Below, piece after piece: positions 10,538 through 21,384 of a stretch of DNA of 64,000 bases (position 1 is its first letter; every line of letters begins with the position of its first letter). The translations under genes were made by a program, and so were the position numbers. Where the stretch lies: assembly GCA_049521795.1 (NCBI GenBank), contig JBEKOM010000008.1, forward strand, positions 1 to 64,000. Reading direction: 5' to 3'. The notes beneath the pieces are model-generated. The model made no database searches and had not been told where the DNA came from. It saw nothing but the letters and a program-made list of their open reading frames with translations. Source of the stretch: Candidatus Bathyarchaeia archaeon (GTDB lineage Archaea; Thermoproteota; Bathyarchaeia; Bathyarchaeales; Bathycorpusculaceae).

Positions 10538-11268
10538 GAAGCACCTCTCTCAAAATCTTTCAACGTCAAGTTTTCAGACTTGAAATCAACAGTCGCCAGC
10601 TTGAACACCGAGTGCTTTTGAAGGGTGAACTGCTTGTCGAAGGGGTACGTCGGTTTCTTGCCTATGGATATCGTGACGTTGGACCTTGCGCACAAAACGG
10701 CATCGAAGAAGGCACTGCGCCTAGAATAGCAATGTGGCAGACACGTCGCTAATACGATGACGCTCTTGTCTTCAGCAAACTTCGAGAGGTATGCCGTTAC
10801 TTGAGTGAAGACCTCTCTGCTTTCTTCTGGCGGGATGTCTTTGTCGAGGTATAACCCTTGAAAATCCGAAATGATCACGAGTCTAGCATCGTATCTTGTG
10901 ACAGCTTCGTCAAGTCTGTCAAGGATTATTGAGGTCATCTGGTGCGCTGTAAAAGCTCTTGAAATGAAGATTCGCTGCAAAACGTTCCTTGGTTTCAGAT
11001 GATGAAGTCGGGCCAGTCGGGACACTTTGTAGAGCCTAAACGTGTTCCCTCCGTCGACGAACACGGCACTGGACTCCAGTCCTCCTAACTGGTATGGGAG
11101 TTGAGCTCTGACGGCAAGCAGCAACGAGAGCGTCAAGATAGACGAGAGGCCATGAACGACGGCGAAGTCGCCTAACATGAACCCTGGAAATAGAGTGTCT
11201 ATGTTTTCCATGTTGAATGATAGCAGCGCCTTAGATGAAATCGGCTTAACCACCGCATTCTGTGCCAA
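10534..11268 (-). CDS. RadA/RecA-like protein with degenerate Walker A (PolB2-associated)
   Basis: IDTLFPGF..G, QLPYQLGGL, VFVDGGNTF, ISRAFTAHQ; no GKT/S P-loop. Confidence 0.82.
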   Translation of the reverse strand: MAQNAVVKPISSKALLSFNMENIDTLFPGFMLGDFAVVHGLSSILTLSLLLAVRAQLPYQLGGLESSAVFVDGGNTFRLYKVSRLARLHHLKPRNVLQRIFISRAFTAHQMTSIILDRLDEAVTRYDARLVIISDFQGLYLDKDIPPEESREVFTQVTAYLSKFAEDKSVIVLATCLPHCYSRRSAFFDAVLCARSNVTISIGKKPTYPFDKQFTLQKHSVFKLATVDFKSENLTLKDFERGAS

Positions 11269-11455
11269 AATTGCTCACTTCCTCAAGTCAACAGGGATTA
11301 AAACATGCGATTCTTCGAGCTTTTAACAGTTAAGTTGAACAGTAAATCGCCGGGTGTGGAGAGTAAAGTTAAAGTGAAAACCACCACGCAGCACGGATCA
11401 CGTGCTTCACGAGTGCTAACAAAGTATAAGTTGCCAATTTGAAGCATAAGTTGTT

Positions 11456-13528
11456 GTGAAAAAGTTGCCTCGGACCTACGCTTGTCGCAAGTGCGGTAAG
11501 ATCTACTCTTCAGAAGAGTATGTGAACAGTCGATTCTGCACCGAATGCGGAACATACCTGATGTCCGAAAGCATGGCTTCTGAGCATTTCAGGGCGAGCC
11601 ATCAACGTGCGAAAAACAAGATTCTGAAGAGAAGCATGCTTCCTGAAAACTATCAGACCCGGAAGGAACAGATGGAGTTTGTCCAAGAGGCAGCGAAAGC
11701 ACTCAAGAACAAAGAGGTTTTTGTGGGGAGCGCTCCATGCGGAGTAGGCAAATCTCTTGCGTCATTGCTTGCCGTTTTGCCAGGGCTCGAAGAAAACAGA
11801 CTGATGATCTGCTTCAGAACGAGAAGCCAGTTGCACATTTACCTTAAAGAGCTGAGAGCACTCTCAAGTGACCTTTCAGCGGTCTCCTTCTTCAGCAAAC
11901 AAGACATGTGTCCTTTGAAGACAAGGGGCGACCTCTCATACGTTGACTTTTTTGAAGAGTGCAAGAGACTCAAAAATAACTGCGAATCCTCTACCAAGCC
12001 TTACTGCAAATTCTATATGAACATATTGAAAGGGAAAAAAGAAGCCGAAGAATTGGCTCTGGACTGCGCCCAAAAAATTCTTGCGCCAGAGGAAACGGTT
12101 GAGATCATGGCCAGGCGAGGATTCTGCGCTCATGAAGCCTTGAAGAGAATTCTCCCTAGGGTGAACGTTTTTCTCGGAACGTACCACTACGCCTTCGACC
12201 CCAGAATCAGGGAATCAATACTAAAGAGCTTCGGAGTCGGTCTCTCAAATGTCTTCTTAATCGTGGACGAGGCTCATAATCTTCCAACCTTCGCCAGAGA
12301 ATTGCTTTCTGATCAATTGACAGAAGGTACAGTTGAAAGAGCCCAAAAGGAGACTGAAATTTTCGAGCATGAGTCACTTGGATCTGTCAGAGAACACCTA
12401 AACGTACTTCTGGAAGAGGTTTTCCAGCACGCTTCGCAGACGTTGAAAGACGAAGATCTGAGACGGCTTAACCCTCAAGAACTCAGTGACCTGTTTCTGG
12501 CTCACAACAGCGTATCCGGTCTTGAAGCCGCAGCAACGCTTCTAGAATACGGCGAATTCGTGAAACAGAAGCGACTCGAGTCCGGTTCTGAGAGAATTTC
12601 AAGTTACAATTATCGAATTGGCACGTTCATGGAAAGCTTCTTCAAGAATGCTGGGTCGAAACATATGCACCTGATCGAAAGAGACCAGAAGAACAGGATT
12701 GCTCTGGAAGTCAGATGCTTCGACGGAAGAGAGGTCGTTGATCCCGTTCTCAGAGGAGCCCGAGGAGCCATCCTCATGAGCGGCTTTCTGTCTCCTCCAC
12801 CCGTTTACAGGGACCTGATGCTCTACAAGCCAGACGATGCTCGTCTGAAAGAGTTTGACCCTCCTTTTCCGGCCGAGAACAGACTTATCCTAGCTGCTGA
12901 GGACGTGTCGTCAGAGTTCAAGAAAAGAACCGACTTGATGCTTGAGAAGTGGAAAAGTTACGTTGAAGCCATATCCAACGCCAGTCGAGGCAACATCGCA
13001 GTCTTCTTCACGAGCTACCGACTAATGCATAGAGTCGCATCACTGATAAAGACACACAGAAGGACAACTATGGAAGAGCCGAATATGAAGAGAAACGAAG
13101 TGATTGAGAAGCTAGCAAGTTCGTCTAACAACATTCTGTACGGAGTCATGGGAGCTAAACTAAGCGAGGGAATAGACTACCCTCACAACATCCTAAAATG
13201 TGTTGTAGCCATTGGATTGCCATATGCAACGTGGGACGCTTACCAAGAATCACTGATAGGTTATCTTGATCAACAGTTCCCTGGAAACGGGAGAACATAT
13301 GCCTACTTGACCCCGGCCATACTGCGGCTGGTTCAAGCCTGTGGGCGCGTTCACAGATCAGCGATAGACAGAGGGTGCATAGTGATATTGGATGAACGGA
13401 TTACTCAGCCTCACGTAAAAAGGCAACTTCCAAGCTATTACCAGAAAGAGATGATTGCTGTGAAAAGCCCGTCTGATTGTGCAGAGCGAATAAAGAGTTT
13501 TTGGCACATGCCTCACGCAAGGAAGTAG
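11456..13528 (+). CDS. XPD/Rad3/DinG-family helicase with N-terminal Zn ribbon
   Basis: CRKC...CTEC; Q motif R.EQ; APCGVGKS; four FeS-type Cys; DEAHN; SEGID; QACGRVHR. Confidence 0.9.
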   Translation: MKKLPRTYACRKCGKIYSSEEYVNSRFCTECGTYLMSESMASEHFRASHQRAKNKILKRSMLPENYQTRKEQMEFVQEAAKALKNKEVFVGSAPCGVGKSLASLLAVLPGLEENRLMICFRTRSQLHIYLKELRALSSDLSAVSFFSKQDMCPLKTRGDLSYVDFFEECKRLKNNCESSTKPYCKFYMNILKGKKEAEELALDCAQKILAPEETVEIMARRGFCAHEALKRILPRVNVFLGTYHYAFDPRIRESILKSFGVGLSNVFLIVDEAHNLPTFARELLSDQLTEGTVERAQKETEIFEHESLGSVREHLNVLLEEVFQHASQTLKDEDLRRLNPQELSDLFLAHNSVSGLEAAATLLEYGEFVKQKRLESGSERISSYNYRIGTFMESFFKNAGSKHMHLIERDQKNRIALEVRCFDGREVVDPVLRGARGAILMSGFLSPPPVYRDLMLYKPDDARLKEFDPPFPAENRLILAAEDVSSEFKKRTDLMLEKWKSYVEAISNASRGNIAVFFTSYRLMHRVASLIKTHRRTTMEEPNMKRNEVIEKLASSSNNILYGVMGAKLSEGIDYPHNILKCVVAIGLPYATWDAYQESLIGYLDQQFPGNGRTYAYLTPAILRLVQACGRVHRSAIDRGCIVILDERITQPHVKRQLPSYYQKEMIAVKSPSDCAERIKSFWHMPHARK

Positions 13529-13588
13529 TTTGGACTACGTAGCCAACGATAAATACCAGGTCGGATTAAGAACGAAGAGAAGGAGGAG

Positions 13589-14431
13589 GTGAAGAAGATG
13601 TTTGAGGATTGGACTGTAACAGTGATTCCTCTCATTTTAGGAGCGTTCGTTGTTCTCGTCATTTTCTTCTTCAGCTATTACATCGTCAGGCAATGGGAGA
13701 GAGTAGCGTTAATTCGTTTAGGCAGGATAGTGAAGATCGAAGAGAAACCAGGATTGCATTTCAAAATTCCTCTCATCGACACGCTTTATGTCGTTGACAT
13801 GAGAATGCAGACGATTCAACTGAAAGGGCAAACAACAATCACAAAAGACAACATTTCACTCAGCATAGACACAGTTGTTTTCACCAAAGTGGAGGACCCC
13901 ATGAAAGTCATACTGCAAATCGAAGATTACAAGGACGCTGTGGCCAAGTATGCACAAACTTCCATCAGAGACGTGATGGGGAAATACAGTCTAGACGACT
14001 TGCTTATGAAACGTGAAGAAGTGGCGAACACTTTCAAGGACAAGGTTGACGAATTGTCTAAAGTGTGGGGTGTGGACATTACCAAGGCAGAGATTCAAGA
14101 CATATCTTTGCCTGATAACATGAAAAGAGCCTTGGCGGTAAAAGCAGAAGCGGATAGAGAAGCACAGGCAGTTGTAATCAAAGCAGATGCAGAACTGAAA
14201 GCGTCAAGCATTCTCAAACAAGCGGCTGATAACATGAAAGACCCGAATGCTATGCAGCTAAGAATCCTAGCGGCAGTGAGCGAAGCAAGCAAAGAAGCGG
14301 CAAACACAGTAATCATGGCGTTACCGTTAGAGACGTTGAAGTATGCGAGTGTAGGAGATTTGGGAGCATTAGCTTCAATAAACAGCAGTGCGGCCAGAAG
14401 ACGAGTGGAGGAGAAAAGTAAACGAGAGTGA
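13589..14431 (+). CDS. SPFH/stomatin (band 7) protein
   Basis: N-terminal TM, QWERVALIRLG, VDMR, TKDN, AQTSIRDVMG, AMQLRIL. Confidence 0.92.
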   Translation: MKKMFEDWTVTVIPLILGAFVVLVIFFFSYYIVRQWERVALIRLGRIVKIEEKPGLHFKIPLIDTLYVVDMRMQTIQLKGQTTITKDNISLSIDTVVFTKVEDPMKVILQIEDYKDAVAKYAQTSIRDVMGKYSLDDLLMKREEVANTFKDKVDELSKVWGVDITKAEIQDISLPDNMKRALAVKAEADREAQAVVIKADAELKASSILKQAADNMKDPNAMQLRILAAVSEASKEAANTVIMALPLETLKYASVGDLGALASINSSAARRRVEEKSKRE

Positions 14432-14779
14432 AAGCTATGATTCCGTTTCTTCTTGGTCTACCTTGACAACAACGCTTGAACCCTAGCGGAGTGGTTTGCC
14501 TGCGCGCAGTTAAAAGAGTAGACCTCCGTCTTGACGAATAATGCAGCTTGCAATGGATACACGGTAGAGCGTGACGTGAACAAAAAGCGAATGGAAAACA
14601 AGCAAAAAAGAGAATACTTCCAGTGATAAGGGTTGAAGCCCCCATTTTGACCCCCAGGATCTCTTTTGCAAGAGGCACATGACGCAGACTAACGATTACT
14701 GAAGATGCAGAAACGTTCCACTGTTTACTAAGAGAAACTCCATATATTCTTCGCATCAATATTGGGCCAATTGAGTTCA

Positions 14780-15802
14780 ATGGAAGTCGAGCAACTGATA
14801 AGAAAGCTTCCGAAAGCAGAGCAGCACATTCACATTGTAGGCTCAACGAGACCTGAAACACTACTATGGCTTGTGGATGATGGCGGCCTGGACAAACCCT
14901 TCAAAACCATAAGGGACGTCCAAAACTTCTACCAGTTCACGAACTTTCCTCAGTTCATCAATGTGTACGGCACCGTCGTTGATTGCATCACAAAAGAGAA
15001 TCAATTCGAACGCATCACCTACGAAATGCTGGAGTCAGAGGTCCAGTGCAACGTCCAATACGTAGAGGCCAGCTTCTCACCGCTTGATCACGTACTCCGG
15101 GGCCTTGATTACGGAAAAACGCTCGACGCAACAAACAGAGGCATAGACCGTGCAAGAATGGACTTCGCAGTAGAATGCAATCTCAGACTCGACCTCGTGC
15201 GAAACTATGGGCCAGAAAAGGGAATGGAAGTCCTAGACTGGGTAGAAAGCAAGAACGATAACATCATATCAGTTGACTTAGGAGGAAGCGAGGAAAGATT
15301 CCCTGCAAAGCCATACAGGTCGGTGTTTCAAAGAGCAAGAAAGATGGACCTCCATTTGGTTGCTCACGCAGGAGAGGCCGCTGGACCAGACAGCATCTGG
15401 CAAGCCGTGACCGAACTCGAAGTTGAACACGTAGGTCATGGAGTAACCGCAATTCACGAACCAAAACTAATGGAACATCTCAAGAAGCGAAACATCACGA
15501 TCGAAGCATGTCCCACAAGCAACATGAGAACTCGAGCGGTCGACACGATCAAAAATCACCCCATTAAAGTCTTCAAAGATCTCGGTTTAGCAGTTACCGT
15601 GAACACAGATGATCCATCAATTTTCGGAACTAGCATGAACAATGAATATCTGCAGCTTCATCATCAACTTGGCTTCACACTCCAAGAACTCTTCAAGTTC
15701 AGTCTCAATGCCGTCAACTCATCCTTTCTCCCAGAAGAATCGAAATCCAAGATGCGTGAATCTTTTATGAAGACTTATAACAGCATATTGAACGAAGATT
15801 AG
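14780..15802 (+). CDS. add: Adenosine/adenine deaminase
   Basis: LPKAEQHIH, HAGE, GHG, CPTSN, VNTDDP. Confidence 0.9.
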   Translation: MEVEQLIRKLPKAEQHIHIVGSTRPETLLWLVDDGGLDKPFKTIRDVQNFYQFTNFPQFINVYGTVVDCITKENQFERITYEMLESEVQCNVQYVEASFSPLDHVLRGLDYGKTLDATNRGIDRARMDFAVECNLRLDLVRNYGPEKGMEVLDWVESKNDNIISVDLGGSEERFPAKPYRSVFQRARKMDLHLVAHAGEAAGPDSIWQAVTELEVEHVGHGVTAIHEPKLMEHLKKRNITIEACPTSNMRTRAVDTIKNHPIKVFKDLGLAVTVNTDDPSIFGTSMNNEYLQLHHQLGFTLQELFKFSLNAVNSSFLPEESKSKMRESFMKTYNSILNED

Positions 15803-15874
15803 CGCGCGTTTGAAAAATATCGAGATAGATGCTAAGGAAGCGTTTTCATGCACCACGCAGAAAGAAAAAAAGAA

Positions 15875-16273
15875 TCATTCCGTGGTTTTGCCGTCGAATT
15901 CTTCTGGTTTCGCCAACGCGTCCGCTTTCGTCTTACGCACCGTGCCATCTTGGTGTTCAGGTGGCGAGTATATCGTGTACAGCTTTAGTTCTGTTGTCTT
16001 CGATGTGTTCATCACGTTATGTCTCGCACCAGCAGGCACAATAACTGCATCCCCATCAGAGACCTTTTGCTTGATGCCATCTATGGAGACTGTTCCCTCA
16101 CCTTTCTCGAACCTGAAGAACTGGTCGATTTTCTTATGCACCTCTTCACCAATTTCCTCCCCAGGCTTAAGCTTCATCAACACAAGCTGACTGTTCTTAC
16201 CCGTGTAAAGCACCCGCCGGAAATCACTATTGCCCAAAGTGTCCTTCTCGATATTCGATTTGAAACCTTTCAT
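15875..16273 (-). CDS. Cupin domain protein
   Basis: QLVLM.L.PGEEIGEEVH...DQFF; PAGARHNV; LYTIYSPPEH. Confidence 0.9.
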   Translation of the reverse strand: MKGFKSNIEKDTLGNSDFRRVLYTGKNSQLVLMKLKPGEEIGEEVHKKIDQFFRFEKGEGTVSIDGIKQKVSDGDAVIVPAGARHNVMNTSKTTELKLYTIYSPPEHQDGTVRKTKADALAKPEEFDGKTTE

Positions 16274-16388
16274 AGCGAGACCTCACTTATGATTCTGTAC
16301 CCCTTTATTTAAGAGTTGACAAATTGGCGCGCTGCCTAGCATAGGAAAGAGTAATCTGTGACCTCAGGAAAACGCATAATGAGAGACT

Positions 16389-17015
16389 ATGAAACCTGTC
16401 GGTAAGGCACGTGCAGCAAGAAAGCATGAACGAACGAAGAGAAGGGTCATTGCGATTTCTGCTGTGCTTCTTTTTGCGGGGTTGCTTGCAGTCGCGTATT
16501 TTTGGTCTTCTGGAAAGAATGAGGCAGAAGGGTTTCAGGTTTTCAGAGATCACTACTTGGGAATAATGAAGAGCTTGAACTCCACCGAAGTCAAACTCAA
16601 TATGGCATCGGAACTCGATGGAAAATATAATTTCACTGATCTCTTCGCGTGGGAACACGGCAAGCTCACGTTTGCTCAGGATCCTGCGGGCTGGTTTGAA
16701 GATCCTGTTGAAATCCTGAACAGCGGAAAGGGAATCTGCATGCAATTCAGTATAGTCTACGTGTCCGCGTGCTTAGCCCTGGGCTATCAGAGCAGGCTCG
16801 TCGTGGCGGCTAACGTGACCAGCTGGACCTTTATACATGCCTGGGCTGAAGTCTACTTCAACGGCAGCTGGGTTCACGTAGACCCCTCAGACCAGATCTG
16901 GGACAAACCATCAAGGTATCAAGATTGGGATTGGGGCAAAAGCATAGGGCTAGACGTTAAGATATACGCTTTTGAAGACGGAGAATTCGCAGACGCAACC
17001 TCAGCTTACAGCTAA
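16389..17015 (+). CDS. Membrane-anchored transglutaminase-like protein
   Basis: N-terminal TM; Cys-His-Asp triad GICMQFS, HAWAEV, VDP. Confidence 0.85.
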   Translation: MKPVGKARAARKHERTKRRVIAISAVLLFAGLLAVAYFWSSGKNEAEGFQVFRDHYLGIMKSLNSTEVKLNMASELDGKYNFTDLFAWEHGKLTFAQDPAGWFEDPVEILNSGKGICMQFSIVYVSACLALGYQSRLVVAANVTSWTFIHAWAEVYFNGSWVHVDPSDQIWDKPSRYQDWDWGKSIGLDVKIYAFEDGEFADATSAYS

Positions 17016-17306
17016 AATTCAAGCTAGAAGCGGAACACCAAATCGATCGCAGCGCGCGCCCTTACAGTACCGAGACAATTTTACGTGCTCTACGCGCGCG
17101 AAGAGCCATTTCACCTTTCCTCGTGCCTTTTCTCCTTGACTCTATTTCTGGCTACAGACTTGTGAAAACGTGCTGATTTGGTCCGGGGTTGCTCAGTTCA
17201 ATGCCCCACGCTTGAACCCTTGGAGGAATAGCCAGTGTAGAGCAAGACTTAGACAGCCTCTTTATCAAAATCAAGCTCAATTGTTGCCTAGAACAAGGAT
17301 TTTTGG

Positions 17307-17433
17307 TGGTGGGGTCGCTGGGATTTGAACCCAGGATCGCCAACGCCCCAGGCTGGTATACTAAACCAATCTAGCCACCCTACGCCCAGTATCACCACCA
17401 CCGAGCTTAAGGCAGAAGCTATACGACGACCCC
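17307..17433 (-). tRNA. tRNA-Pro(GGG) with 48-nt non-canonical D-loop intron (~17369-17416)
   Basis: Spliced sequence GGGGTCG TC GTAT AGCTTGGTTTA GTAT A CCAGC CT GGG GC GTTGG CGATC CTGGG TTCAAAT CCCAG CGACCCC A CCA folds as a cloverleaf. The insert forms its own hairpin (CTGCCTTA/TAGGGTGG, GCTCGGT/ACTGGGC) with a relaxed BHB junction. Confidence 0.85.
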
Positions 17434-17579
17434 AACAAGAAACACCATACCAAGACCAAATAGATAAAACAATCGCCAAAGCCATAATGGAAGGAAAAGC
17501 CACAAACACGATCAAAGTGTTCAAACACAGATTAACACAACTAAGCAAAGTGGCTGACCTAAACAACCCCGCTCTCTAG
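17325..17579 (+). pseudogene. Truncated N-terminal fragment of a tyrosine integrase, antisense to tRNA-Pro
   Basis: ORF reads through the tRNA antisense strand (PGSPTPQAGILNQ...AIRRP) into GKATNTIKVFKHRLTQLSKVADLNNP, which resembles the core-binding domain of archaeal tRNA-targeting integrases. It stops before any catalytic domain. Confidence 0.55.
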
Positions 17580-17634
17580 CAGTCTTTTAGCCTCTTCTAA
17601 CGTCGCGCGCGCTAACGAGAGCGGTGCCTCTAAA

Positions 17635-20600
17635 CTACACTTCGCCCTTCAGCCAGCCTCGAATTCCCAGCTCTTTCACAGTAACAGGTGCTTGCTCGAG
17701 CTCGCAGAATTTGTGCTCGCCCGTTTCATCCATGTATTTGATTTTTGGTGCGAACGTGAATTTTCCTTTTCTCTTGGGTTTTAATATCATTTTTATCTCA
17801 GCCGTTTCAAGAGGCGCCAGTCCTCTCCGCTTAAGGTTAAGACCGGAATCGTTGACCACACATTTTTCAGGCTTCTCAACCAAATCGAAACCTTCTGGAA
17901 TCAGCTGTTCAATGTCCATCAAAAAGGCTGTTTCTTTGCCTAGGTTAGCTAGTTGAATTTCTAAGTCAAGAGTTTCACCGACCACAAGCTCCTTTGGATG
18001 AATGACCAAGTTTGCTTGGACGAATGCTCGTGAAAACTTGACAAGACCAACTGGTTCTTCCACGGTCATGCCAGGTGGTGACATTATGCGAGTAGTAGAG
18101 GGTTCAGTAGGAGTAACCAACAGTTCTCCGAGCGACAGCGCAAATTCGCGTTTTTCCCTCAAGCGCGTTAAAGTCTTCAGAACTTCGTCTCTTCTGCCCA
18201 CGTAACCCGCTTTTTCGAAAAGATTGGCTGATCTTTCCAAACACTTTTCTGCAAGAGAATACTCCTTCGATTTTTCGTTCGGATTGGCTTCTGTTTCTGC
18301 CTCAGTCATGTAGTTACTAGCGTCAAACAGCATTTCCGTTCCGCTCGTCCATGAGGAGGCACTGTCAAAACCGGCTTTCAGATAACAGTTTGCCGCATTT
18401 TCGAGATACTGTTTTGCCCTTAAGAAATCGCTTCTTTCCCTCGTTGTTTCGAACGTCGTCCCATGTTCCAAGGCTTTGCAGTACGCGCCGTTGCCAGAAG
18501 CCAGCATAGCCGTCCTGTCCTTCACGCTTTGTTCTTTCGCCTTGAGAAACAACTCGGAGGCTTCACGGTAGAGTTCCGGGGAAATTCTGCTGTCAGCGAT
18601 CTTCATCTTTTGCCAAGCGCGGCACATGAAAGCGATTTGCCTTATCTCTTTCTCATCGGTTTCTTTCTCCAATATCCCTTCTAGCACTGTAGCGGCTGAA
18701 TCGTACCTTGTCGCGCTTTCTGCATGATCCCCGTTTCTATCAGCCATCCTTGCTTCCTCGATGTTTATTCTTGCAATGCAATAGTCTTTTCTTTCGAGAG
18801 AGGCTTTGCATAGCTCAATTGCTTTTTCTCTTTCGTCTAGATTCTCGATTTTACTGGTCTCTTCTTCAAAAGCTTCTTTGGCTTCTTTGAAGAGTTCTGC
18901 TGATTTGTTGAAGGCTTCTATTGATTCGGTGTAGTTCTCTTTTCCGCTCAGATCCTCTGCTTTTTCGAGAAGTGACCATGCCTTAAAATTTGAAGAAAGG
19001 TGACCCCATCGCCTTGAATGCTCGAGAACGGTTGCTACTTTTTCATAGTGTTTTGAGGCATCGTCATAGTTTTCGTGATCGTGGGTAGATTTGGCTTTTT
19101 CAATCTCGCTCCATGCATCCATATACGCGGCGTAGTCAAGACAGAAGTCTGCGAAATGTGGAATCATTTGAGCTGTCTCTTTGTACTCGGCAAACGCATT
19201 TCCAAAATGCTCTGCCGCCTTGATGTGCTGACCTAGACGGTCTTGGTTAATTGCCATTTTCCAATACGACTCTGCAGCGCGGCTGGGCAACTTGACCTTC
19301 TTGTATTGTTTTGCAGCGTCTTCGTACACCTCGACTGCTTTTTGCATGGATTTTTCGTTCTTTGTCAATGCGAAAAGCTCGTTGAGAATTCCCCCAAGGG
19401 AGTCTTCGTAAGTTGCTACAGCGGCTATGTTCGTCGGTACTGGGCGAGAAAAAATCCATCTCTTGCAGTGTGTTACGCTGTCCTCTATGTCTGCGGCAGC
19501 GTTTTCGAGCAAGACCTTCTTCTTTTCGTTGTCAGCTTCAACTTTGACCATATCCACCTTTATGAGTCCCTCGTAGTTTTTGTTGACTCCGGTGAGCCAA
19601 TCGTTCGATGGATATGCTTTCTCCACTAGCCTTTCGACATCGTACCTGTAAACCAAAGCTTCCTCAAGCAACTTTTTCTTCTCATCTTTGTCGACTTCAA
19701 GATTAGAGTAGAAGTGTATAGCTTTGCTCAAAGCGTGAAGGGTGGAGCCAAGGGCATCAGGAGAACCTGAGCGTTTCGCGTATTCTAACCCTTTGCGTCC
19801 CGCTTGTACTGCTTTTCCCAGAATCCTTCTTCTCTCTTCTGAACTAGCGTCAACGTCTGATCCTGAAGCAGAATAACTTTCAGCATAGTACAAGTAGGTT
19901 TGTGCGACGTAAAAATCTTGGCAAACCAGTTGAAGGCAACTTATCGCATGTTCCGAAAACTCGATGATCTTCCTATGTCCTTCCTTTTTCTTGTCCGGAT
20001 CCCCTTCCCTCACGGTCCTCCAATCAGTCACGAGCGCAAGGAGATAGTATGCAACTCCTTTCAAATAATTGTCTCTTATTTCGGCCCCCTGTTTCAACAT
20101 CTCTTCAGCATATCTAAACGAGTCCTCAGCGTTTTCAGTGAAGATAATAGTGGAATGGGCTGCTGCGCAGTTTGCCATAGCGACGAGTGAAGGATTTTCC
20201 ACTTGCTTTGATAGTTCAAGGGCTTTCTCTGAATAACTAATGCTTCTTTGCACAAGTTCTTTACGTGTTCTCTCGTCTTGCTCACTGAAATTCGCCGCAT
20301 ACCAGTTCAAGAGACTGGCTGTGGAAAAGGCACCGAGCAAATCTTCCTTGTCCGCAAGCTTTGACAAAACGTTGATCGCGTCAAGGCCGTAGGTGATCGC
20401 CTCCTGAGTGAGGTCTTTCAGTTCCCTCCAATCAGATGCGATGCTAAGTCTCTCGAAAAAGCAACGCAACAAATCATTGCACATCTTTCCATAGCTCGCT
20501 TCGTCCGCAGATTTTTTGTATTTTTCCAGGCTTTCTTTTCCGAGCTTTAGACACTCATCGAGCGTTGTTCTTTTTTCCGCTGAGGTTGGTGCTAGCCATG

Positions 20601-20928
20601 AACTGACAAGTTCTGCGATGGCATTGCGCTGAGCCCTCTTTCCTTGATTTTCAAGCGTGCCCTCGCTCTCAAGAGCTTTCGCTGAAGACCTGTAAGCTTC
20701 CACTGCTGATTGCCGGAGTCTTGCAAATTCCTCCACGGTTTCAGCTTGCCTAGAAGCGGACTCGTAGCAATCGCCGATTTTCTCCCACAAGTTGCCTACA
20801 AATGAAGCATCCTCGATTCTGGAGCGCAGCAATTGCTCATAGCATTTCGCCGCTTTGAACCACTCATACGTTTTCTCTTGTTCTTTTGCTTTTTCCAGAA
20901 GTGACTGCGTGTCGAAATGCGAGTTCAT
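17635..20928 (-). CDS. Large alpha-helical (TPR-like) repeat protein with C-terminal Ig-like domain
   Basis: 1097 aa, rich in A/E/K/Y helical repeats; C-terminal VGETLDLEIQLANLG...IPEGF...GKFTFAPKIKY beta-sandwich. Confidence 0.7.
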   Translation of the reverse strand: MNSHFDTQSLLEKAKEQEKTYEWFKAAKCYEQLLRSRIEDASFVGNLWEKIGDCYESASRQAETVEEFARLRQSAVEAYRSSAKALESEGTLENQGKRAQRNAIAELVSSWLAPTSAEKRTTLDECLKLGKESLEKYKKSADEASYGKMCNDLLRCFFERLSIASDWRELKDLTQEAITYGLDAINVLSKLADKEDLLGAFSTASLLNWYAANFSEQDERTRKELVQRSISYSEKALELSKQVENPSLVAMANCAAAHSTIIFTENAEDSFRYAEEMLKQGAEIRDNYLKGVAYYLLALVTDWRTVREGDPDKKKEGHRKIIEFSEHAISCLQLVCQDFYVAQTYLYYAESYSASGSDVDASSEERRRILGKAVQAGRKGLEYAKRSGSPDALGSTLHALSKAIHFYSNLEVDKDEKKKLLEEALVYRYDVERLVEKAYPSNDWLTGVNKNYEGLIKVDMVKVEADNEKKKVLLENAAADIEDSVTHCKRWIFSRPVPTNIAAVATYEDSLGGILNELFALTKNEKSMQKAVEVYEDAAKQYKKVKLPSRAAESYWKMAINQDRLGQHIKAAEHFGNAFAEYKETAQMIPHFADFCLDYAAYMDAWSEIEKAKSTHDHENYDDASKHYEKVATVLEHSRRWGHLSSNFKAWSLLEKAEDLSGKENYTESIEAFNKSAELFKEAKEAFEEETSKIENLDEREKAIELCKASLERKDYCIARINIEEARMADRNGDHAESATRYDSAATVLEGILEKETDEKEIRQIAFMCRAWQKMKIADSRISPELYREASELFLKAKEQSVKDRTAMLASGNGAYCKALEHGTTFETTRERSDFLRAKQYLENAANCYLKAGFDSASSWTSGTEMLFDASNYMTEAETEANPNEKSKEYSLAEKCLERSANLFEKAGYVGRRDEVLKTLTRLREKREFALSLGELLVTPTEPSTTRIMSPPGMTVEEPVGLVKFSRAFVQANLVIHPKELVVGETLDLEIQLANLGKETAFLMDIEQLIPEGFDLVEKPEKCVVNDSGLNLKRRGLAPLETAEIKMILKPKRKGKFTFAPKIKYMDETGEHKFCELEQAPVTVKELGIRGWLKGEV

Positions 20929-21384
20929 CGCCTGTCAATCATACTTAACGGCTGGGCTTATGAAAGGTTTTCGCATGATACGTTTATAATTCTTGCCTTT
21001 CTTTCTCTCCGGCAGATCCTAGCGCGCCCATGGTGTTTCCGAAAACATTGCCGCTTAAGGTCGTATTGAATTACCAGTACGGTGCCGCTGAAAAGTTGTC
21101 GAGTCGCGAAAAGAGGCGAGTTCGTCCTCAACTCCACACTTGAACAAAACCTTTAGGCTTTTTCCTCCTCGTTTCGCACGATCAACTCAAATCATGCCTT
21201 CCTCGCGCGCACCAAGGATGGCTTTGCTAGCTGTAGGATAGTATTTTTTCAGAAAAGCATTTCCGAAGGAGAAACGGTGAGAATTCTTTGGTTTGTTTGG
21301 CACGCGCGCTGGAAAGCTTGAGATGAAAAAAGTTAAATGAAAGCAGCAGTACAACACTATTGTATATTCACAGGTGAAAGGGGA

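Noticed and set aside
17304-17310. Genomic CCACCA as an encoded tRNA-degradation tag
   Set aside because: A single 3-nt extension can arise by chance and would probably be removed by 3' processing.
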